The notes beneath the pieces were generated by a model. That model saw only the letters and a program-made list of their open reading frames with translations, made no database searches and was not told the DNA's origin. Position numbers and translations under genes: made by a program. A stretch of 63,526 nt of DNA, the filler included, from Craspedostauros australis (lineage: Eukaryota), in NCBI GenBank assembly GCA_030167865.1. It is 9 parts of 9 records of this genome, joined end to end, with 100 filler letters (N's around TTAATTAATTAA, not from the genome) between each part and the next. Parts side by side here need not be neighbours in the genome. Positions count along the whole stretch, not along the records: positions 4,306 to 11,301 come from JALAGF010003301.1; positions 11,402 to 41,086 come from JALAGF010003303.1; 7 more parts are not named here. One strand, written 5' to 3'. Below are positions 10,773 through 23,303 of this stretch, piece by piece; within the stretch, counting starts at the first letter, position 1; each line of letters starts with the position of its first letter.

Positions 10773-11301
10773 CAATAATACTCCCGCCGTTGTTTTCTCC
10801 GTTGTTCTCTAATTTTACGTCGCTGTTCTCAGTTCGCAAAGGGCATGTGTTGTTCTTGGAATCATTGCTGAGGGAAACGAAAACGATGTGAGGAGATGGA
10901 CTGTGCGCCGCAAATGCCGCAAGCCGTGATTTGAGGCGACAAAGCGAGTCGTGATCAACGCTCAGAATGGAAAAGGCGTAATAATGTGGAGGAATAGCAG
11001 CAATCGTTCCACTGTCAGCGATTGTGCCGAACGCCCGCCTGCGATCGCACTTATGGAGGCGACCATTGGCAGCACCAGAAAAGTATCTGTGAAGTGTCTG
11101 TGACAGACCGAAACAAAGCGACGAAGTCTGTTGGCTACATAACAAAGCAATATAATTATCTAATTGTCCATGGACAAGGCCAACAGACGCGTGCGACGCG
11201 AGAGGCAACGAAGGCCACAAAAGGTAACAATAGCAACAGGAACAACACATGCGGGTCACTGAAGTGGATGACAGAGGAGAGGAATGTGCAAATCGCAACA
11301 C

Positions 11302-11401
11302 NNNNNNNNNNNNNNNNNNNNNNNNNNNNNNNNNNNNNNNNNNNNTTAATTAATTAANNNNNNNNNNNNNNNNNNNNNNNNNNNNNNNNNNNNNNNNNNN
11401 N
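11302..11401. other. artificial contig-join linker
   Basis: N44-TTAATTAATTAA-N44. Confidence 0.97.
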
Positions 11402-12574
11402 CGACGATGGACGGAAGACGGGCATCAACCCATCCTCGAATGCTATCAGCTCCTCGCTTTCCACACCGAAATTCTCACCGATCACGATCCGCGCCTCCTT
11501 CGCGACGATCCGGCAGGATTCCACCAATCCAGCGGTCACCTCACCACTGGCACCACCGCCCTTCTCGATGGTGCGGATCTGCTTCACAGCGTTGCCAATG
11601 GCATCGACGAAGTCCGTGTGCGCAACCAGGATCGGGCCTGGGCCATCCAGCTCCAGCTCCTTCCCATCCGGGGTCGTGATCGTGTTGGGTTGCGGGCACA
11701 GGTAATGCTGCAGCTGGTTGGATCGGATGGGTGCCTGCTCTGTGCGCAAAAGCTTGTTGAGCAACGCAACACCAGCTGGGATCGTCTTCTCCACCTCCTC
11801 CTGGCAGCGCGTGTAGATGTGCTTCAGGATCTGGAATCGATTGGCACCTGCATTCTGCAACGGATTGTCGCCGTCGTCACTATCACCACCGCCGGCCTCC
11901 TCCATGCTCTTGGAGGCATCCTGCAGGTTCATGTTGAGCACCTGGAAGAATGCCACGTCCAACTTGCCACCGCGTGCGTACTTCCCGATCAACGAATCCA
12001 GCTTGCGAATCTCGCCGGCACCCAGCAGATCCTGCAAGATATCGCGTGCTTCGTTGAGACGTTCATCCATGATGACGTTGACGGCGCCGGCGATCGCGAT
12101 GGACTCAGGACGGTCATCCAACGTGGAATCCTCGCCGAGCTGGCGCAGCTTCATGACCAAGGCTGGTTCGAAGGTCGGCAGTGCCTGCAGCACGCTGTCA
12201 GTCAGTGAGGTTCCATCTTCCTGCTGCGCCTTGTCGTGCAGCGCCTTGATCGTGTCCCACTCGCTGTCAGTCAGGAACGAGGCGGATGATGCTTCCTCGG
12301 TGGTGCTGCTCGTGGTATCCTCCGATGACCACAGTCTGGTCCGTTCTTGGCGATGGCTCTGAAGAGTGTTGGTGAGTGCGTTGCCATGATTCGAGAACGA
12401 TATAGATGTTCTTTGCTGTTGTTGTTGATGTTGATGTTGATGTTGTTTGTGCTGATGCTGTCGCACGGAGACAAGTCGAGAGGAAGCAGAAGATGGTGCC
12501 CAAGCTGCAACATCATCAATCGCACAAGAGATGGCGATGGCCGCCATGAGAAATGATGAAAGGCGCATGATCAT
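11402..12574 (-). CDS. plastid-targeted helical protein (possibly At4g37920-like), copy 1, 3' truncated
   Basis: MIMRLSSFLMAAIAISCAIDDVAA|WAPSS is a signal peptide plus ASAFAP-type motif (W at +1), followed by a Q/S/R-rich transit peptide. The core ARDILQDLL..EIRKLDSLIGKYARGGKLDVAFFQVLNMNLQDA..LKHIYTRCQEEVEK runs off the contig end. Confidence 0.8.
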
Positions 12575-13228
12575 GGTTGGGAATGGAATCTGGCCTTGAG
12601 TTGTTGATGCTGTTGCGATTGGATTGATTTGGATTGGTTCGGTTTGCTTGTACTCTCTCTCTCTCTCTCTCGCTTCTTGTTGGTGTACTCGTATGACTAT
12701 GGTACTGTGTCGGTGGTGGTGCAAGTGGAACAGAGTTGAGGTGTTGGGACGGAAATACGGTTTGTGTGCAAACTGATGGATCGTCGAGGTCTTCTTTGAA
12801 TCGTTGGCACTGACGTGCGTGTGTATTGAAGTGTTGAAGTGTTGAAGTGTTGGCCATGATGTGTTGATGTGACGCGTCGAGTCGACCGATTGGTGGGAAC
12901 TCCGAGTTCGTTTTGATGTGTTGATGTGTGGGGTGGAGCGAAGGCCAGACCGATACGAAGAAGAACGGAAAAGTTCGCTTTTTGAATCAGAATTCGTGTT
13001 GACGTCGATTCTGGAAGAGTGACAGGGTTGGTCGCGTGCGAACTTTCGTTCTTGATGTCCGTCTCTTGGGTCGCAGGACGGCAATCGGCACGACCTGATC
13101 CCCAATTCCGATGCCAACACAACACTTCGTTCCCTGCGCATACACTGCAAATGCCATACCTTCCGCATCACAACCATCCAACCGAAGAGACAACAACAAC
13201 AACGACGACGACAAAGTGGCTGAAAGCA
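12575..13228. promoter_or_regulatory. bidirectional intergenic/promoter region of the head-to-head gene pair
   Basis: ~650 bp between divergent ATGs, containing (CT)n and tandem TGTTGAAG/TGTTGATG units. It is conserved in the second arm (39264-39901). Confidence 0.55.
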
Positions 13229-14896
13229 ATGATGTCATACGAAACGACACCCTTGTACAGAGCACTTCCAACACACTACGACTCCACTCCCAATGATGAC
13301 AATGATGGCATCGGCGACAGCTCCGATGACTACCTCAAGAACGACGCAGACCGCAGCAGCGACTTCACCAGCGCCACTTCGAGCAGCGGCAACAGCAGCA
13401 GTGCTGAGAGCGACGCCCTGGAGATCGATATTGATGACGCCATTGACATGATCGGAATGGGACGATTCCAGTTCGAGGTCTTGCTCTCTGCAGGCCTCTG
13501 TTTCGCATCAGATGCCATCGAGATCATGCTGCTGTCATTCCTCACCGTCGTGCTCACCGCTGAGTGGAATCTCACCGAGCGGGAGATGGACACTGTGGTA
13601 TCTGTCGTCTTCGCCGGTGCGATGATGGGGACTTTCGTTCTCGGAACCCTCGCAGATCGCATTGGTCGGAGGCCGGTGTATTTGGCAACCGCCATCATCG
13701 TGGCCGTCTTTGGCATCCTCTCGGCTTTCGTCAACGGTATTGGATGGTTCTACGTCGCTCGCTTCATGGTCGGCTTTGGGACCGGCGGAGCCACCGTCCC
13801 ATTCGACATCTTCGCAGAATTCATTCCAACAACGAATCGGGGTATGAATCTGTTGTACATTGAGCTATTCTGGGCATTGGGATCGTTGCTGACACCGCTG
13901 ATCGCCATGTGGACCCTCGGAGATGGTGAAGCCGACGGGGGCTCGTGGAGACTGTTGGTCATCTGCTGCGCTGCTCCCTGTGTGGTATCGATGATTCTGG
14001 GATTTTGGTTCGTGCCGGAATCACCACGCTGGCTTCTGACCCAGGGCCGACATGAAGAAGCCTTGATCGTGTTGAGGCATGCGGCCGACAAGAATGGGAA
14101 GGATGGGAAGACGATGTTCCCCGACGATGTCGTGATCACGCACGACGACGAAGAAGAGTCAACTGATGACGACTCTTGTTTGAAGCTGCTGTCACCCAAG
14201 TGGTTCAAGCTCACCATGCCGTTGTATTCCGTGTGGTTCGGTTTTGGGTTCCTTTACTATGGTGGTATCTTGCTGATCTCTTTGGAGTTCTCGGACATCC
14301 AAGAAGTCCTCCAAAGCAGCAGTGCCGATGACTCGCACGGCTTTGACTACAACGCACTCTTCATCAGTGGGTCTGCCGAATTGTTCGGACTGGTCGTTTC
14401 CACGCTCATCATCGACAAATTGGGAAGGGTGGCAACCCAGTTCTCAGCGTACTTCCTGGGCGGCACGGCCTGCTTGCTGCTGGGATGCCTCAGCGGATCC
14501 GCATCCAGAACCACAACTGTGGCCTTGGCCTTCGTCGTGCGATTCTTCATGATATCCGGCAGCTGCTCGACCTGGGTCGCCACGTCGGAGCTGCTGCCGA
14601 CTGACATCCGGACGACCGGACACAGCGCCGCCAATGCCGCCGGGCGCATGGGCGGATTCGCAGCTCCTTACTTGATCACGCCAGGTATCGCGCCGTCCAG
14701 TATCGGTATGCTCATGATGGGAATGAGCCTGTTCACATGCCTTATGTGCACACTGTTACCGGAGACGAGTGGCAAAGCGCTGGGGGAGGCTACGACTACG
14801 AATACTGTCGTCGTGGAGGATAGCAGAAGTACTCGAAGGGGTGGCGGAGCGTTGGACGATTTGGCAAAAGCAAGCGGCGGCAACAGCGATCTGTAA
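13229..14896 (+). CDS. MFS transporter, SVOP/SV2-related (sugar/organic cation family), copy 1
   Basis: Motifs IDDAIDMIGMGRFQ, DAIEIMLLSFL, MFS motif A GTLADRIGRRP, AEFIP..NRG, SWR, VPESPRWL, ELLPTDIRTTG and LPETSGK, with ~12 hydrophobic segments. Confidence 0.93.
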   Translation: MMSYETTPLYRALPTHYDSTPNDDNDGIGDSSDDYLKNDADRSSDFTSATSSSGNSSSAESDALEIDIDDAIDMIGMGRFQFEVLLSAGLCFASDAIEIMLLSFLTVVLTAEWNLTEREMDTVVSVVFAGAMMGTFVLGTLADRIGRRPVYLATAIIVAVFGILSAFVNGIGWFYVARFMVGFGTGGATVPFDIFAEFIPTTNRGMNLLYIELFWALGSLLTPLIAMWTLGDGEADGGSWRLLVICCAAPCVVSMILGFWFVPESPRWLLTQGRHEEALIVLRHAADKNGKDGKTMFPDDVVITHDDEEESTDDDSCLKLLSPKWFKLTMPLYSVWFGFGFLYYGGILLISLEFSDIQEVLQSSSADDSHGFDYNALFISGSAELFGLVVSTLIIDKLGRVATQFSAYFLGGTACLLLGCLSGSASRTTTVALAFVVRFFMISGSCSTWVATSELLPTDIRTTGHSAANAAGRMGGFAAPYLITPGIAPSSIGMLMMGMSLFTCLMCTLLPETSGKALGEATTTNTVVVEDSRSTRRGGGALDDLAKASGGNSDL

Positions 14897-15193
14897 ACGT
14901 GCATCATTGGAGATCCGGAGATGGTTCATAATCGCTGTACATTGAAATCGTCCAATAGAACCGCTCCCCGTTTTGACTGACACTGTCCAGAGTCCTCGAC
15001 TCTACTCGACTCGACTTCATGTAGACTGTTATTGAGGGATTGGTCCAAGTAGTCGAAAGTGTTACATTCTCATCACCAAAGTTCTTGTCGTCGTACGATG
15101 CCTGACACAAAATGACCGAAAAGCGGCATTTTGGAACAACAAACACCAACAAACACAAGAATCATTCCACACAAGAGACAGAGCACTGGATCC

Positions 15194-15239
15194 CATCAAG
15201 CATCAAGCATCAAGCATCAAGCATCAACCATCAACCATC
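15194..15239. repeat. (CATCAAG)n heptamer tandem repeat
   Basis: catcaagcatcaagcatcaagcatcaagcatcaaccatcaacc. Confidence 0.85.
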
Positions 15240-15430
15240 GAGCACCATCATCAGCAGCATCACCAGCACACACAGACGCATGTGATTGGAGATTGGAGAT
15301 CGTGCAGGAGACAAGAAAAGAGTTTACTATTATAGAATAGTACACAACAAGAGCACGCAACGAAGGACGGAAGAACAATTGTCTGAAATACATTTCATCC
15401 GCCAAGTCCATCACATCAATTGCGCTCATC

Positions 15431-16090
15431 ATGGACTTGAAGCCACTTCGCATCTTCGGATGGTACTTGCTGTCCATGCTGCGTCAGTTCTTCCGACGTC
15501 CCAACAGGCCCAGCATACGCAACGTGCTGATATCAATCAGCCTCTTCTTCCTGTATCCCTACATCATCCACTACCTGCTCAAACACTCGATGAACATATG
15601 TGGCGAATACCTACACCATTTCGTTCACGACGCATACTTCGGATGCCTTGCGATACATATTCAGTTCTGCTTCCTCATGCGCATGTACAAGACGCTGGCC
15701 ATCATCGAAGATTCCGTGAATGCCGGCAACAAGCACAGCGAAGATGAGACAGCATCGAAATCGCGACGAGCCGCGCGCTGGCTCGTGGCACAGGAGTTTG
15801 CGGCAATCCTCATTGTCGTCATATTGCTGCTGCTGTGCTTGCCTGTCTTTGCATTCTGGTATATGTTCCCATCCATCTGCATATCCACGACCAAGCTGGT
15901 GCTCATGTTTCGGAGATTATGGAGGAAGGCGCAGCAGCAGCATTCTCTGGCAACGCAAGGGCGCAACATGATGAATCGTGGCGCCGATGATGGCGGAGAG
16001 CAGATCGAGTTGATGTCGGCCGCTGGAATGGGGAACGAACCCGGGCATCAGGATTGGGATCTGTTGCCGCCGATCGACGAAGACGTATGA
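15431..16090 (+). CDS. hypothetical membrane protein (3-4 TM)
   Basis: 219-aa ORF with several hydrophobic segments and an acidic C-tail; start context ATCATGG. Confidence 0.55.
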   Translation: MDLKPLRIFGWYLLSMLRQFFRRPNRPSIRNVLISISLFFLYPYIIHYLLKHSMNICGEYLHHFVHDAYFGCLAIHIQFCFLMRMYKTLAIIEDSVNAGNKHSEDETASKSRRAARWLVAQEFAAILIVVILLLLCLPVFAFWYMFPSICISTTKLVLMFRRLWRKAQQQHSLATQGRNMMNRGADDGGEQIELMSAAGMGNEPGHQDWDLLPPIDEDV

Positions 16091-16863
16091 GCTTGGTGGC
16101 TGCACTTATGTACTGGAGCAGATTTTGCGTTGAGAAAAACGACTCTGCCAAGCTCACGAGTGGCGGTGATACGACCGCAACAATAGCAAGGCAACAGCAA
16201 AGGCAATGGCACACGAGGGGTTGTGAAAACTGGTCGCGTTGGAGGCGACCCCGCAAGGTATGGATCGGTCAATCGGTATGGATCGGGACGGGGACAATTG
16301 GGTCGCAAATGAAATGCTTCTCACTCTCAGAAGGTTATCCGACATCTCAGAAGGGCATCGCAGACGAATCCAGGGAGATCCACACGATCCATACAGGCAC
16401 CGTGATGATCTGAGGACGACGGCGAAACAGTCCGTGCCTGCTCAACCTTCGGCTCAGCGGAGCAATCCATCCAACGATTCTCCATCTTCAATAAACGTTA
16501 AAAAGAGCATTGCGAGATGGAAGCGGCTCTACACTGCTCAACGGTAGCGAAGATTGCCCGCAGTATCCACGCCAGAATGCCATTAACAATCAGCCGTACA
16601 ACTACTCTTGGGAAGGGTAAAAGTCGGAAAACTTGAACAATGACGTCGCCGCATGTGGTACAACATCATACGAGCTACTCGTAGACTATGGCATGGTAGT
16701 TGTATTTTCTGTTACTCTTTGTCTATGTATCTCTTAATACGTTTTGGACGTGATTTTGACTTCAGTGGAGAGTGGAGGCGTGGTAAAAGATATGTGTTGG
16801 TGCGTGCGCATCGTGACGCAACGGCCATCGTTTTTGTGGAAGGAAGTGCCTGGAATATCGCAA

Positions 16864-19800
16864 TTATTTGGCGGCATCGCCCCAGGTTGGCACCATCGGA
16901 CCAATGAGGCGCTGGCCATGCTTCGTCTCCGAGATAGCCACGGCTGACGCGTCTGGCACCGGCTTCGCGGAAGATTGCGGCAACGGATAATCTGGGAATC
17001 GGAATGTCTTGAACTGAGGAACGCCAGTGACGTACTTTCCGAACATGTAACGCTTCATGGCACGGAGCTTCATGAGATCTTCCTTCTGGATCATGGCCAA
17101 GCGGCGGGTGTCGTTGACTGTGGCCATCTTGCCTTGCGCCATGGCTTGGAAGTGCTTTGCCTGGTTGTCGCCCTCCTCTTCGAGCTTTCGCACAAAGTAA
17201 ATGTCGACGAGCTTCATCCACGGCCCCAGTAGCACCCAGACGAGGATGCGAACGGTCCAACGAAGGATGAAGCCCCAAGGGACGATCAAGAGCACGATGC
17301 CGAGGACCAAGCACGCGTTGACGATCATGAAGGAGTACAGACTCTCGTCCCACAGCAAGAGGCTCTTGACGATGCGGAGGCTGCGACAGACAGTTCCCAA
17401 AATGTTCTGGATTGGCAGCAGCACGCCCGCCAAGGGGTTGAAAGTAGTCTTGCCCTTCATCTCCGTCTCCATCGTCTCGAGCTCCGCATTCGCAGCATTC
17501 TCCTCTTCATGAAGGAATGCCTCCAGCTTCTCGGCATTCTCCTGTGCCTGCTCAGCCTTGAGCTTTTCTTTCTCCAAGCGTTCAGCTACAGCCGCTTCGT
17601 ACTTGCGAATGGCCGCTTCGTTCTCGTGGTCTGCGATCTCGATTGGAGGTGCCTTGTCACGGATAACAGCGTTCCACATCTCCATGTACGTCATGGATCC
17701 ATGCCATGGAGATGGGTCTCGCTGGCGCAGCTCGTTCGTGGCCAGGAGCAGCCAGGCGATAGAGAAGAGGGAGAAGGATGGGAGGTAGTTGAAGTTGTCG
17801 ATCAGTAAGACGCCCATGACAAAGGCCACCACAGAGTGAAGTGGAAGGCTGATCTTCTTCCCAAACACTGTGATTTCTCTGTGGCCACGCCACAGCACAA
17901 CTGTCATGATGGCCTGTGTGATGTAATAGGCGATATCGGCATAGCCCTCCAGTTCTGTGCGGTAGCTGTTGATCGCATCCTTGTCGTACGTTCCAAGGAC
18001 CTCTTCGCCATTGCAGACGAAGTACGACGTCTTGAAGTCGTGCTTCTTGGAGAGGTTGATGTAGTTGACTGGAGGCGGTGCCAAGGATCCCTTGAGGAAC
18101 TCACGGTAGCTGTCGTATTCGAGACGCAGACGGACAGTGACGGTGCCTGCCTTGGGACGCTCATCGTCGAGCACCGATTTGTAGAGATCGAAGGTGAGCA
18201 GGTACTCAGTCGATGGACGGAAGTTGGTGATGTCGATAGTGGAGCGCCCGATCGGGTCGTGGTCGTCCATGCCGTTCTCTGCATCAAAGTCGACTATCCC
18301 GATCATGACCTGCGAGGAGGGGTGCTGGATGTTGAAGCAGAAAGCACGCTGCGTCCACGGCATGAAACGCGGGCTGAGCTCGTCATTGACAACATCCGTG
18401 TTCACGATGGCATCCTCGTAGATGATGCATGCGAACGGATCGGACTTCCTTGTGCTGTCCTTGTTGTCAAGACCGTCGCAGTGCAGCACTTCGAGGTAGA
18501 GCTTGCCGAGCTTGCCCGAACCAGCTTCGACCCAGTTCGTCGATGGCGCCATGGCCTCTTTCATGATGCCCTCCTTCGACAGCCACTTGGTGTCGTACTC
18601 GTCGCGGGACGGGTCAGGGAATGGCTTGACTCGATGCTGCGCTCAAAAATGTGTGCAACACGATGAAAAATGCAGTTGAAGCATCACCATATCGTGGGGG
18701 TGGCGTACGAGTGGGATGATCATTCGTTATGGACAAGTCATTGTTGTGAGTGGGTGAATGCGATGCGGAGTTTCGATGTGGTCAAGCGCAAAAGACGAGG
18801 GAGAAGATTGTATTTCGCTTGTTGATTCAAGAGCACGCAACAAGCCGCCAACAAGCAGGCAATGACAAATGTACTCACCAACGTAACGCCGTCTTCCACC
18901 TTGCTCTCGCGCTTCAAGAGCTTGACTCGCTCAGTGTTTGGCGCAATGAATGCCTGGTCGGCGTAAATGCCCAACTTCTTGGCCTTTTGGATGGAATGAA
19001 GCTGACGCAAGAAGGATACGTCGAACGGAGTTGCGTTGCGCACGCGGAGGTTGAGCTTGGACGGGAAATACTTGCTGGAGGCCTTGATTGCATGCTTCAT
19101 TTCATCCAGCTCCATCTCGAAGCGCTCGATGCCATCTGACTTGGCCATCTCGAGCAACGTGGGCTGGGCGATGTTGAGCTTGGCCAACGTCACGTTCGTG
19201 CCGAGCTTGTCGTAGTCCTTGATGTAGAAGCTAATGCCATCGGCTGCGGCGAAGAATTCTTGGACGGTGCAATGCAGCACGAAGAGCGATCCGTTGTCAA
19301 CGGTCCAAATAGGGCTCACGCTGCGAGAGATGTGCTGTGTGCGATGGATCTCCTCTGACCCAAGGTAGGCGACAACGTACGGATCGCTCGTCTTCTTGTC
19401 ACCGATTGGCAGATCGGTGGCAGACACCAGCTCGAAGAGGAGCTGGATCTCGTCATCCATGGAGATGGTGGGGGCTGCTGCACCTGCCGAATCCTCCTTG
19501 CTTGTGTCGACGGGGGCGGATCCTGCCGCCGCATCCGCGCTGTCTTCCATGGGGGTGACCACTTGAGATCGTGGACGGAAGGCGCTGAGCGATTGGCCTC
19601 TGGTCACTTCTTGGATCTTGGCCTGAGCCTCGGCCTGGGACTTGCGGAATGCTTCCAAACGGATGGAAGCGCGCTCTTCGATCAGCTCGCGGAGCTTCTT
19701 CAACTCACCCACGAAGTCCTCGGCTGTTTGTCATCCGTGAGGGCGTTGTGAGATGTGTGTTTGTATTGGTTTAAAATGGTTTGCAATGGTTTGCAATGGA

Positions 19801-20535
19801 ATGGAGCAATGCAGCATCGAGGTTAGAGCACCATACATACCAATACGAGCAGCCCTCCTGCAATGATGGAGCACGGTCATTTTGTTTGCGTTCGTGTATG
19901 ACAGGCATGTCATGCGTGTAGGTCGTCCAAATCGATACTTCTGCGCACATTCGCCACAAGCAGCAGCAACTCAAGCAGCGTGATCACCGAGGATTGAACT
20001 AACCTTGTTCCTTGGTGTCGAACTTGAGTTCGCGGCGTTCGACGGTGGTGCCGTGTCCCATGGTGGCCTCCCAATCATCCTTGTCCAGCACATCCTCCGT
20101 GATCTCGTCGATGTTGTACTTGCGGTACTCGACCCAGCCATCGTCGATCTTTTCAGCGTCGTCGTCGTCGCTGTCGTCGTCACTGGAGTCGTCGTGGTCC
20201 TTCATGAGGCCCCACGTCTTGCGCGTCTTGAGGATGCGAACCACTACGCGATCGTCATCCTTGAGTTCCTTCGACAAGTCGATGACCTTGTCGGACGTGC
20301 CCTGCGAGCGCAGTAGTCCGCGACGCGAGCCCCGCGACGGAGACGGTGGGGCATTGAGCTCCTCGTTCTCCTTGGACACCATGGGTCCGTGGATCTCGAT
20401 CGTCACGCGGCGCTTCTTCTGCATGAGACGTCCCGAGAAGGCGCCCTTCACGGTGGGCACCAGACGACCTCCGACCATCTTCTTGGACGCCGGCGGCATC
20501 CGGATGTCCCAGGCGCGAGTGAGTTTCATCACCAT
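16864..20535 (-). CDS. multi-C2-domain transmembrane protein (MCTP-like), join(20004..20535,18879..19723,16864..18636)
   Basis: Two C2 domains (FELVSATDLPIGDKKTSDPYVV..SPIW; LYLEVLHCDGLDNKD..KSDPFAC) and C-terminal hydrophobic hairpins. Introns 20003-19724 (G|GTTAGT..AAACAG) and 18878-18637 (TTG|GTGAGT..GCGCAG) both preserve the frame. Confidence 0.85.
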
Positions 20536-21288
20536 GGTGGCAGGCAGATGGTTGTTGCTTGTTGCTTGTTGATGGAAGGACGCGAGGTGCGTGTCGCTTT
20601 CTTTCTCTCTTTGTGAAATGGGAACACTGCCTCCGGCTTTCCCGTTTCGTTTTTTGTGGAATCCTTTGTGCACAATCGCGGGAGAAGGAGAAAGCTGGAA
20701 ACAGGATCGGTGTGACAGTTGCACGCACCAGTTGGTGTGTTCGTCCGCTTTTGTGCACGTAATCGTCGATGGAGAACACGAACCGAGAAGCGTCCCAACA
20801 TGGGCTTTCTCGTTTCGGATGATGGATTGAGAACTCTTTCTCTTTTTGTGTCACACAAAGATACTCCAACTCCACGAGCCAAAATCTTCGTCGAGCCTGT
20901 CGGCCAATTCCTTGTCTGTGATGTGTCGCATGCTACACGAGGCACAAACGGGACTGGCAATCCGCAAGTTCCACTCCGTTGGGTCCAAGATCGCTGCAAG
21001 AGGCTAAGACTCTCTCTAGAGAGGATGATTTGTGGAGAATCCTCTGGTACGAGCAGACAACGTTGGCCAAGATGCACGATGGTGACAGCCATAACTCTCT
21101 TTATTATAACACTAGTACATGCACCATGTGGTAATGAAACAGAGAAGAGCAGTGTACAAGCATAACACTCGTAGAGTATTGAATTAGAATGGTGTTTACT
21201 TGGATTAGTACCTATTGCATTGGCACGATTTGTGCTTGAATGGCTCAGCATGACACCTTGCTGTGTCTCCAGTTGATGGTGTGGCGCA

Positions 21289-23303
21289 TTATCCGCAACG
21301 GCCAATGTCGAAGAACTCCTCTCCGCTCTCGAGCTTGCCATCGTACCACACTTCGCCGTCCACACGAACGGTGACGCCCTCGCTGGACAATCCCCTGCGA
21401 TGGAACACATCAAGGTACGTGCAACGATCGCTAGGAACGCAGGACTCCAGCTTGTACTGCTCCCAACGCTCATCGAATCCATCGTAGTCCCAGTAATCCG
21501 CGTCGCTTTCTCCGTCGTACATGAACACCTTCATCATGCGACGGCGTCTGTCCGTGTTCACCTCCATCTCGACCTTGATGCAGCTGTTGCTGCAGTCGCC
21601 GTTGATCGAGATCTGTTTGGAGCCACCAAAGTCGACGTCACCGGCTTCTTCGATGGTTCTGCCGTCGACCTTCACGGTGTATCCGCCGCCTTCGTAGAGT
21701 CTGCGAATGCAGGAGTTGTGTTCATTGCAAAAGATGATACGAGCATGAAACAGTATTGTATACACGAGGAGGTGGAGTTCATGTGAGATACGAGTAGTAG
21801 AGATGAAGAGAGTAATCACGTGAGCGAGTTCAAGGATCCGATTTCGACAGTCTCAGAATGATCACCAATTGCTGCTTGCATTTGGTTGTGCTGTTGAATA
21901 TTGAATCACAGTAACATCGACATCTGCGCCTTTCGTCTCTCTGCAATCACTTACCCATCACCTTCAGTGTCCAGCACCTTCAGCAAGTAGCAGCTGCTCT
22001 TGTCCAGACATTGCTTGATGTTGTATGTCTCGCCGCTTTCGTAGCTGCCAGCCTTCACTTCCTCCACCATGTTGCCATCGGCGGTGGTGAGCTGCCACCC
22101 AGTCTCCTCGCCCCAATCATCGGTGCGCATCTGGAATTCGAACAAGATCTCATTGCTTCCGCACGCACCGCCGTTGTCATCGCCTCCGCCATTATCATCG
22201 CCTCCATTGTCGTTGCCATCATCAAGGTTGCCGCAAAGCACGGATGGAACCTCACTCAAAGCGCAAGCATTGTCCTTGATCCACTGGTGCGCGCTGCTGA
22301 CGCGAGCATAAACACCAGGGTACTTTTGACGTGCGCAACCTGCGCCCCACGACACCACACCCACCTGTGTCGGCACTCCATTCTCCATCACCACCACTGG
22401 CCCGCCGCTATCGCCTTGGCACGAGTCCACTCCTCCCTGGTGATTTCCGTTCCTCACGAGGCCGGCGCAGAACTCTTCCGCGTCACTGATTCCATCATCG
22501 TATCGGGAAGGAGCGTTGCACCATGACGTCGCGATCTTGCTGATGTCGACTTCCTGGAGGATGTCGGCTGGTGATCCATCTTCGCTCGTGTCGCCGAACC
22601 CAATCACCGTCATTTGCTGGTTGTTGGCAGGCATGGCTGGGTCGCTGTTGAGGCGGACCATCGGCACGGCATCCCGTCCCGTGGTTGGAACCGGACGGTC
22701 GAGCTTGATGACCATGATGTCCTGCAGCTCGGACCTGGCGTATTCGGGATGCTCCGCCCACTTGTCGATCTTTCGCACGACGGGAGTCCTCCAGTTGTTC
22801 TTGTCTTCCCATGCCCACTCATCGTAGGGAGAGACAAGCACGGTCATGTCCTTGTTCTTACGTCCATCGGTGCAATGCGCTGCGGTGAGGAAGATGTCCG
22901 GTGCGATCATGGATCCGCCGCACCCGACCTCCCAGTGGACGAACCATGGGTACTCGCCGGGTTGCGCCTGCTGCCCTCCCACGATACGGGCTTCGTATCC
23001 GCGCGTTCCGACGGAGAGGGACGCGTCCTTGCCGCCGTTGCCTCGGAGCTGCTTGCTGTGGCGGAAGTTCGGGGTGTGCATCGGCGGGTGCTTGAGCATG
23101 CCTCTGTCGCCAGCACTCGTGCGAGCATGCTTGGTCTTGCCATGGGCCTTGTCCTTCGTTCTGGTGCGGCGTTGCACTTGGTGCTTGCGGCGTTCGTGAT
23201 GGAATGGGACTTCGACTTCAGCGTCTTTGTTAGCGGTGGCGGTGGATGCAACGCAAGCTGTTGCCACAGCCGACACGAGGAAGAGTGGGATCGAGATCTT
23301 CAT
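21289..23303 (-). CDS. secreted trypsin-like serine protease (S1A) with C-terminal repeated domains, join(21955..23303,21289..21700)
   Basis: Signal MKISIPLFLVSAVATACVA, activation site R|IVGG, LTAAHC, DIMVIKL, DSCQGDSGGP (S1 Asp) and VVSWG.GCA..YPGVYARVS. Intron 21954-21701 reads GG|GTAAGT..TTCGCAG. Confidence 0.93.

Larger units (their letters stand above)
11402..14877. repeat. left arm of ~3.5-kb inverted repeat (partner ~37601-41086)
   Basis: The same divergent gene pair and intergenic region recur in reverse complement at the other end of the contig. Confidence 0.95.

Noticed and set aside
10687..11301. 204-aa minus-strand ORF convergent with the transposase
   Set aside because: No ATG-supported start within the contig and no recognisable motif; may be an exon but is unsupported.
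12575..13228. N-terminal extensions making ORFs 11354..13177 and 13019..14896 overlap
   Set aside because: The second arm does not keep these frames open; the real starts are the signal-peptide Met (12574) and MMSYE (13229).
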